From Pseudomonadota bacterium (GTDB lineage: Bacteria; UBA10199; 2-02-FULL-44-16; JAAZCA01), in NCBI GenBank assembly GCA_043822785.1, contig JBDRBN010000097.1, forward strand, positions 1 to 31,007: 31,007 bases of DNA, written 5' to 3'. Positions 26,377-31,007 of this stretch are shown here, piece after piece. Each line of letters begins with the position of its first letter. Position 1 is the first letter of the stretch. Below the pieces are notes generated by a model. It did no database searches, was not told the origin of the DNA, and saw only the letters and a program-made list of their open reading frames with translations. The translations under genes were made by a program, and so were the position numbers.

Positions 26377-26823
26377 ATGAGATATTTGTTTGTAATGTTA
26401 GCGCTGGTATTTTTTATGGGTTGCGGTGGCGGTGGAGGCGACTGTTCATTCAGTGATCCTCAAACTGCGACTTATAACCTCGATGATCAGACCTGGAATC
26501 TGACTGGAACTACACCTGGAAATAATTGCCCAGCACCGGTAACTACTTTTAATGTCTCCGGCACGTTTACACAATCTGGCAATACGCTTTCGGTATCTGG
26601 CGCTGGTTTTACCCTTACAGGAGAGATCTCAGGCAGCCAGATCAAGTGGGGCGGCAGCATAACGGTCGGTGGCGAGTCGCTAACCATCGAGTGCACCACG
26701 ATGAATGTCAACGGTGTGGATGTGGGCGACACGATGACATTTACCAATTCGAGCTGGACCGTCGATTATGGCGAAGGAACGTGCAGCGGCACAGCCTCAG
26801 GTACATTCACAAGAACATCGTAA
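26377..26823 (+). CDS. Hypothetical lipoprotein
   Basis: GGAGGGG RBS; lipobox FMGC, Gly linker, beta-rich body. Confidence 0.8.
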   Translation: MRYLFVMLALVFFMGCGGGGGDCSFSDPQTATYNLDDQTWNLTGTTPGNNCPAPVTTFNVSGTFTQSGNTLSVSGAGFTLTGEISGSQIKWGGSITVGGESLTIECTTMNVNGVDVGDTMTFTNSSWTVDYGEGTCSGTASGTFTRTS

Positions 26824-26843
26824 AGAATTTCTATCCCAAAGGA

Positions 26844-26876
26844 TGAGGGGTCGGGCAAAAATTTCCCGACCCCTCA
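26844..26876 (+). terminator. Hairpin terminator after the lipoprotein gene
   Basis: tgaggggtcggg-N9-cccgacccctca. Confidence 0.65.
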
Positions 26877-26880
26877 CTTT

Positions 26881-29235
26881 ATGCGAATCATGGCCAGGAT
26901 GGGATTTTACATTCAGCTGTTCATTCTGGGCCTCATCTCTATCGTGAGCCAGGTAATCATCCTGCGCGAGCTCACGATAAATTTCTACGGCAACGAATTC
27001 TTCATTGGTATAACCCTAGCTGCGTGGCTTGCCTGGGTGGCCATAGGCAGCGTTTTTCCGCGGCATGCGGTTTTGAGAAGGTCGCTTATCTTAATTCAGG
27101 TGTTGGCCGTAATCTTTTTGTTTGTGGAGATTTTTTTCATAAGATATCTGAAGGGCGTAATTAGCTTACACGGCGAAATCCCCAATCTAGTCTTCGCGTT
27201 TTTCGTAGCCATTCTCTCCCCTGCGCCTCTTTGTTTTGTACTTGGATTGTGGTGGGCAACAGGAAGTGAGCTTTTGGCTAAAGCTTCAGAGCGGGCGTCG
27301 CTTGCGGTTAACCGTGGCTATTTTGTGGAAACGCTGGGGTTTATCCTGGGCGGCGTTCTATTCAGCTTTCTGCTGGTTAGGTTTTCCTCTTTTACGATCG
27401 CCTGGCTTCTGGCCCTTATCGTCATCGTCTTTCTCGCTTTCATGATAAGGACGCGTTTATGGCTCAGGGGTATCTTCATTTTGGTCGTGGTCGTTTCAGC
27501 ATGGCTTATCTATTCGCCACTTCAATTCCTTGAGCATAAGAGCACGGAATTTAGATTTCAGCATCAGAGGATCTTGAAGACCGAAAATTCTCCATATGGC
27601 CAGCTCACGGTCACACAGATTGGCGAACAGAAAAATTTCTATGAGAGCGGGCTGCTTTTGGGATCAGATCGAGATGAATATGCGGCAGAGGAGCTTGTGC
27701 ATTTCCCAATGCTTTCGCATCCAAGGCCAAAGAAAGTGATGCTTTTAGGAGGAGGCTTTAACGGAGGAGTAAGCGAGGTGCTAAAGCACGATGTAGACGA
27801 AGTTTACTATTTAGAGCTCGACCCAGCGCTCATTGCCCTGGCCAGGCAGTACCTGCCTCAAAGGCTTATAAAGGATCTCAATGATCCTAGGGTAAAGATC
27901 GTAAACCAGGATGGCTATCATTTTCTTAAGGATACACAGCATAAATTCGATGTGATCATCATAAACCTGCCTGATCCATCAACAGCTTTGATAGATCGCT
28001 TCTATACACAAGAGTTCTTTGATATGGCAGCAGAAAGGCTTGCTGATGAGGGGATATTCTCCACTCACCTATCGTTTGCGCCAGATCAACCAACTGAGAC
28101 CTTAACCAAATTAGACGCAGCTGTGAACAATGCCCTAAAAAAGGCATTTGATACTTCGACTGCGCCAAACCCGCCCCTTTCCTTCGACGTTGCTCAGGAC
28201 GGTGAGCTTGTCGAACCGCAGGGGCGGGTTGAGGCGCCGCTCAGTATCAACCCTGAGCATACCCCGCCCTTTAGGGCGGGGAGTCGAAGGGTTGATAAGA
28301 TCATCTATCTGCCTGAAGAGAGCCTCTTCTTTATAGCGAGCAGGCAAGATGAGCTGACATATAATCCGGATATTTTGCTTAAGAGATTTAAGGACAGGGC
28401 AATTGAAAATAAATACGTTAATCTACCGTATATAAAGTATCGATTAAGTACTGATAGGATTGCTCAAGCGCAAGGGCTCATGAAGGAACAACAAGGGGTG
28501 GGCGTAAACCGTGCTTTCAAACCCATCGCATATTATTTTCAAACTCTTTTCTGGCTGGATCTATTCTATCCAAAACTCGAGCGCGCCTTTGCCTTTGTAG
28601 CCCAGTGGTTTTGGCCTATCACAATATTCGTGGTTGCGATCCTAACGATATTTCTAATGAGGGGCGATGCTGGCGCGCGCAAGCCTATCATATCAGTTGC
28701 GGTTGCAGGTTTCTCTCTTATGGCTATGGAGATCATAATCATCTTTGTGTATCAGACTATCGTGGGTTTTCTATATTATCGATTAGCGCTTTTGATCTCT
28801 GCGCTCATGGCCGGCATGGCGCTTGGCGTGTGGTTGGGAAACAGATGGATATCGCGCCGCAGCATAAGCGCCGCAACCCTTATAAAACTTCATATCTTCT
28901 TGATCCTCTTGAGCGCCATGCTGTTTGCGATCTTTTCTTATCTCAAAGCTTCATCCCTGATTGGGGCAGAGATCATTCTTCTCATCTGCGCCATACTGGC
29001 AGGCACATTCGGCGCGCTCGTGTTTCCTTTGGCCAATCACATCTATCTCACATCCCAGGCTATGCCTAGCAGTCGCACCGGCATCATATACAGCGCTGAT
29101 GTTGCAGGCTCTGCAATGGGCGCGATTCTTCCAAGCATAATACTCCTTCCTGTGTTTGGCGTATGGCAGACCTTACTTTTTGTGGGGCTTATGAATTTAT
29201 GGGTGATGGGAATTCTCAAAAAACCTGGGCTGTAA
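26881..29235 (+). CDS. Fused membrane / spermidine synthase-like protein (start codon uncertain)
   Basis: N- and C-terminal TM bundles; SPYGQL, LLGGGFNG, ELDP, QDG, FDVIIINLPDP, YTQEFF motifs. Confidence 0.88.
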   Translation: MRIMARMGFYIQLFILGLISIVSQVIILRELTINFYGNEFFIGITLAAWLAWVAIGSVFPRHAVLRRSLILIQVLAVIFLFVEIFFIRYLKGVISLHGEIPNLVFAFFVAILSPAPLCFVLGLWWATGSELLAKASERASLAVNRGYFVETLGFILGGVLFSFLLVRFSSFTIAWLLALIVIVFLAFMIRTRLWLRGIFILVVVVSAWLIYSPLQFLEHKSTEFRFQHQRILKTENSPYGQLTVTQIGEQKNFYESGLLLGSDRDEYAAEELVHFPMLSHPRPKKVMLLGGGFNGGVSEVLKHDVDEVYYLELDPALIALARQYLPQRLIKDLNDPRVKIVNQDGYHFLKDTQHKFDVIIINLPDPSTALIDRFYTQEFFDMAAERLADEGIFSTHLSFAPDQPTETLTKLDAAVNNALKKAFDTSTAPNPPLSFDVAQDGELVEPQGRVEAPLSINPEHTPPFRAGSRRVDKIIYLPEESLFFIASRQDELTYNPDILLKRFKDRAIENKYVNLPYIKYRLSTDRIAQAQGLMKEQQGVGVNRAFKPIAYYFQTLFWLDLFYPKLERAFAFVAQWFWPITIFVVAILTIFLMRGDAGARKPIISVAVAGFSLMAMEIIIIFVYQTIVGFLYYRLALLISALMAGMALGVWLGNRWISRRSISAATLIKLHIFLILLSAMLFAIFSYLKASSLIGAEIILLICAILAGTFGALVFPLANHIYLTSQAMPSSRTGIIYSADVAGSAMGAILPSIILLPVFGVWQTLLFVGLMNLWVMGILKKPGL
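28154..28297. repeat. 144-bp in-frame nested palindromic insertion
   Basis: TTGATA duplicated at 28148-28153 and 28292-28297; contains CTTCGAC...CTCAG / CTGAGC...GTCGAAG units and CCCCGCCC-TTTA-GGGCGGGG. Confidence 0.85.
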
Positions 29236-30745
29236 ACACATATAGATCAACATCCGGCTCGGTAAAACAATTGCGCGCAAGTTGTGCTTTTTGAGCGCAG
29301 AGCTCGCCTAAAAACTGCTCGAGCGTCATATTATACTCTGTTGCCACTTGGGGCAAAAATACGCCGGAGTGAAATCCCTTTTTTACGATCACGCCGTCTC
29401 TTCCCGGCACTACGTCCTTCCAGCTGTCGATCTTTCTAGGTTCGGTGAGCACAGAGATTTCATAGGTGAGGTCTTTAAGTTCGTCTTTCTCAACAGGCGC
29501 AAATCTCATGTCCTGGGTGGCAGCTGAAATTGCCATGAGCGATACTACCTGATAGAGGGGTATCGTGGTGGGGGAAAAGCGGCCGATGCAGCCCCTGAGC
29601 CGGCCGTTCTTTTTTAAGGTTACAAATGCACCAAGATATTTATTTAGTTCAGGATCTGATATCTCAAAGTTTGGCATGCTTCTTTTTTTAACAAATGATT
29701 CCACCGATTGCTTGGCGATGTTCAGGAGTTTTTCTTGCTCCTCCTTGTTAAGAGGCCCGTCACTCATCCCCTTTGGACGCTCAGATGCAAAAAAGCCGAT
29801 TGCCGCATATCCTACTACGCGCCCCTTTTCGCCCGACACATCGCCTGAATTTGCCGAGTTGAGAAGCTTGATATCATCTGCTCCCATGCCCTTGGCTATT
29901 GTCATTACGGTCTTGATAGCATCCTCCCCACATGCGCAGGTGACGACGTTGGGTAGTTTCTTTTGCATGGTCTTTGCGATGTTCTGCTCCAACGTCTTTG
30001 CATCGCCGCTGAGAATGCCGTCGATCGTGTTTTTGTCTGCAGCTTTCGCATCATTATATGAAGGATAATGGGACAGATCACTGCTTGCGATTATCAAGAC
30101 ATTCTCATCCCTTGTGTTATCCAAAATAGCGTTGGTCAGAATACGCCAGTCTTCTTGGCCTGCGTTGCCAAACAGGATGGGCACGATCTTAAAGTTCTTT
30201 AATGTCTTCTGTAGAAAAGGCAGTTCTACTTCCAACGTGTGATCACCTGAAAATGCGCTCTCACTGCCATTTATGAGAGAACTCGAGTCTATGAGCTTGC
30301 GCGCAAGAGCGTCATCCACAGATACTTCACCTAAAGGTGTGACCCATCTGCCGCGCGGATAGATTGCGATGCCGTCAAATAGTTGTCTGTGGCTGTTAGA
30401 TATAAGTATTGCAGTATCGAAATGATCTCCCACAAGGTCTTTAAATCCGTACGCAGCTACCTGGCCTGAGAACACATAACCTGCATGAGGTACTATGAGT
30501 GCAACGAGCTTGCCTTTGGCTTTTGGAGAATTTGCCTTTTCCAAGAAGCCATCGATCATGGTGCTGAGCGCAGTCTTATCCGCAGGATAGAATGCGCCTG
30601 ATACAGCAGGCATCCTCATAACATCATCCTGCTTTTCAATGTGTTTGCTTTCGCACTGGGCTTGGCTACCAAAGATGATGAGTGCGAGCAACATGGCGAT
30701 GACCGCTAATATCGCCATGGAATGAAAGATGTGTCTTTTATTCAT
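29216..30745 (-). CDS. amrB: AmmeMemoRadiSam protein B (MEMO1) - protein A (AMMECR1) fusion
   Basis: RMPAVSGAFYP, PHAGYVFSG, DHTLEVELPFLQ, ASSDLSHY, VVGYA; GAFVTL...LRGCIG, DMRF, FLPQVA. Confidence 0.92.
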   Translation of the reverse strand: MNKRHIFHSMAILAVIAMLLALIIFGSQAQCESKHIEKQDDVMRMPAVSGAFYPADKTALSTMIDGFLEKANSPKAKGKLVALIVPHAGYVFSGQVAAYGFKDLVGDHFDTAILISNSHRQLFDGIAIYPRGRWVTPLGEVSVDDALARKLIDSSSLINGSESAFSGDHTLEVELPFLQKTLKNFKIVPILFGNAGQEDWRILTNAILDNTRDENVLIIASSDLSHYPSYNDAKAADKNTIDGILSGDAKTLEQNIAKTMQKKLPNVVTCACGEDAIKTVMTIAKGMGADDIKLLNSANSGDVSGEKGRVVGYAAIGFFASERPKGMSDGPLNKEEQEKLLNIAKQSVESFVKKRSMPNFEISDPELNKYLGAFVTLKKNGRLRGCIGRFSPTTIPLYQVVSLMAISAATQDMRFAPVEKDELKDLTYEISVLTEPRKIDSWKDVVPGRDGVIVKKGFHSGVFLPQVATEYNMTLEQFLGELCAQKAQLARNCFTEPDVDLYVFTAQVF

Positions 30746-30770
30746 TGTCTTATTCCTCGATAACAATCAT

Positions 30771-30843
30771 TGTTATTGCGAGCGATAGCGAAGCAATCCC
30801 CGTAAATCAGGAGATTGCTTCGGGCTACGCCCTCGCAATGACA
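30771..30843. repeat. Palindromic miniature repeat (RPE/REP-like)
   Basis: TGTTATTGCGAG...CGAAGCAATC...GATTGCTTCG...CTCGCAATGACA. Confidence 0.75.
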
Positions 30844-30881
30844 TACTAGAATTCACGTGAATAGTTACTAATTGCTTCAAG

Positions 30882-31007
30882 GTAAACCCCCAGCTCTGCT
30901 GGGGGACTCACAGGGTTTGACATTTGCGGGAGTAAAAAACAGCCTCCGAACCGTGAACCGCCCAAGGCTCAACGGCAAGGAGGCCCGATGCATGATGCAG
31001 CCTCGTT
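30882..31007 (+). mobile_element. Left end of an IS200/IS605-type element; tnpA start at 30988, truncated by the window
   Basis: Subterminal hairpin CCCCCAGC-TCT-GCTGGGGG, then GCCTCC...GGAGGC hairpin sequestering the RBS before ATG (MHDAAS...). Confidence 0.65.

Noticed and set aside
1..31007. DGR template repeat or reverse transcriptase
   Set aside because: No AAC-rich copy of the 4608-4745 region was seen by eye, and no ORF has RT motifs.

Overview
Bacterial accessory region bounded by two insertion sequences: a complete IS1202/ISNCY-type element at 1-1375 and the start of an IS200/IS605-type element at the right edge. The gene content (sigma54 promoters, DUF134, AmmeMemoRadiSam fusion) suggests a deltaproteobacteria-like lineage, but that is inference only. 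The most striking structure is at 1.4-8.65 kb. Six diverged 29-bp sites end in the tRNA-His 3' end (AGCCACCCCA-like), have a T-loop-like GTTCTAAA motif shifted 5 bp outward relative to a real tRNA, and read WGGxxxxFR[TNS]A on the minus strand. They split the region into 0.7-3.1 kb cassettes of 1-2 genes: secreted and membrane proteins, an RHH/RelE toxin-antitoxin pair, a DGR-target-like surface lipoprotein and an orphan nucleotidyltransferase. This looks like a serine-recombinase att-site cassette array, with no integrase or intact tRNA in the window. Further right are an aspartic protease-SEL1 gene, RluA, YkgJ, and a RAYT-type HUH transposase with 35-bp inverted ends and a sigma54 promoter whose end truncates arsC. 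These are followed by a DUF134-led ArsP/ArsE/F/G-like cluster, TrmO, a thioredoxin-fold secreted protein, an APC-EIIA fusion, an atypical RelA/SpoT homologue, Acr3, a spermidine-synthase-like membrane protein with a 144-bp in-frame nested palindrome, and a MEMO1-AMMECR1 fusion. Family calls come from motif recognition only; no searches were run.
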